Below, piece by piece: positions 63,011 through 64,000 of a DNA stretch of 64,000 nucleotides (the first letter of the stretch is position 1; each line of letters opens with the position of its first letter). The notes below the pieces were generated by a model. It saw nothing but the letters and a program-made list of their open reading frames with translations. It ran no database searches and was not told the origin of the DNA. The translations under genes and the position numbers were made by a program. The DNA comes from Vicugna vicugna (lineage: Eukaryota). The stretch covers positions 6,696,302 to 6,760,301 of the forward strand of contig MU058065.1 in assembly GCA_013265495.1 (NCBI GenBank), given 5' to 3'.

Positions 63011-64000
63011 GACCTGGCACACCCTGAGCTGCAGTACTGGGAGGCCTTCTTCCCCTCTCTCCAGTGCCCCCTCCTTGTCCTCCGGTACCAGGGTCCTCCT
63101 CTCCAGCCACAGAACATAGCTTCCCACCAAGGTGGCAGTTCACCCAGCTTGGAGCCCTCTGGTCTGCTACTGCTTAGCGAATCTGAGAAATGCATTCCAG
63201 TTAATGAAAAATAATGATTTAGTCTACCCTCTCCACTTCCTGCCCCAGCTAATATATTTACGTTTTATGAGCCTTAAACCCTTGGCGTGGCCAGCCAGCT
63301 GACAGCACATCCAGCTCCATAATTCTGCTGCTGGTCTGCTGAGGAGTAATGCATGTCTGATGGTGGCAGGGTAGGGGTGTTTGGAGCCTGAGGATTTTCA
63401 CTGCCTGCCCCTCTCCCTATCACTTGGTAGGGCCTTTCAGCTAATAAGGCCTTCCAGAAACTGGGGTCATTCCACACTGTTCTCAACTACTTTGAGAGTC
63501 AAGTTCTGGGCTATGAGGTAGAAATGGCTCTGTGGGTATGACTTTGGGCAAATTAACTCTGGGCCTCAATTTTCTCACCTGTAAAATGGGAACAAGGGAA
63601 ACACGCCAGAGTTGTTGTGGGGATTATCTTTGGATAACTGCATACATCCCAGTGCCTCACACCTGATGGGGACAGGGTCTCAACAAATGACTCCCTTCCT
63701 CCCTCTTGTATGATTAAGAGGCATGATATCAGCAGTGTTGGTATCAGCAGTCCTGGGTTTGAGTGTCAGAATCCTGGTTGGATCCTATTTTTTCGTCTGT
63801 GTAAATTTGAGCAAATTATTAAAATTCTCTTGCCTTAGTTTCCTCATCTGTAAAATGGGGTTCATACTGTCCTCACCTAGTGTGAGACTAAACGAGAAAA
63901 TGTGTGATAAGGACTTGGGTCAGTTCTTGGCACGGTAACACTCAATGAAAGGGATTTCTGGCCTTCTCTGCATGTCCCTTCCCTCTAGCCACCTGTCCCC

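Noticed and set aside
63123..63140. CTCF-like ccaccaaggtggcag upstream of GPBAR1
   Set aside because: An extra base breaks the core spacing; not supportable without a PWM scan

Overview
Mammalian genomic DNA, most likely camelid judging from three tRNA-derived Vic-1-like SINEs. The window covers the conserved PNKD-TMBIM1-AAMP-GPBAR1 cluster. PNKD (- strand) starts at 54414 and runs off the left edge, with three isoform architectures visible: short (terminal exon 52171-52363, 142 aa), medium (internal CpG-island first exon 15781-15941) and long (~50.5 kb intron, 2932-53426). TMBIM1 (+, 11 coding exons, 307 aa) is nested antisense in that intron. AAMP (+, 11 exons, 434 aa) shares a 449-bp bidirectional promoter with PNKD and ends tail-to-tail with GPBAR1/TGR5 (-, single coding exon, 329 aa). 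All exons were read by hand, have GT-AG boundaries and keep frame. I found no evidence of a wholly new gene system. The best leads are a local inverted templated insertion, a nested LTR stack, three miRNA-like hairpins, a CTCF site beside the PNKD-short poly(A) signal and an overlapping uORF on GPBAR1. Repeat-family names and comparisons to human sequence are from memory and need database confirmation.
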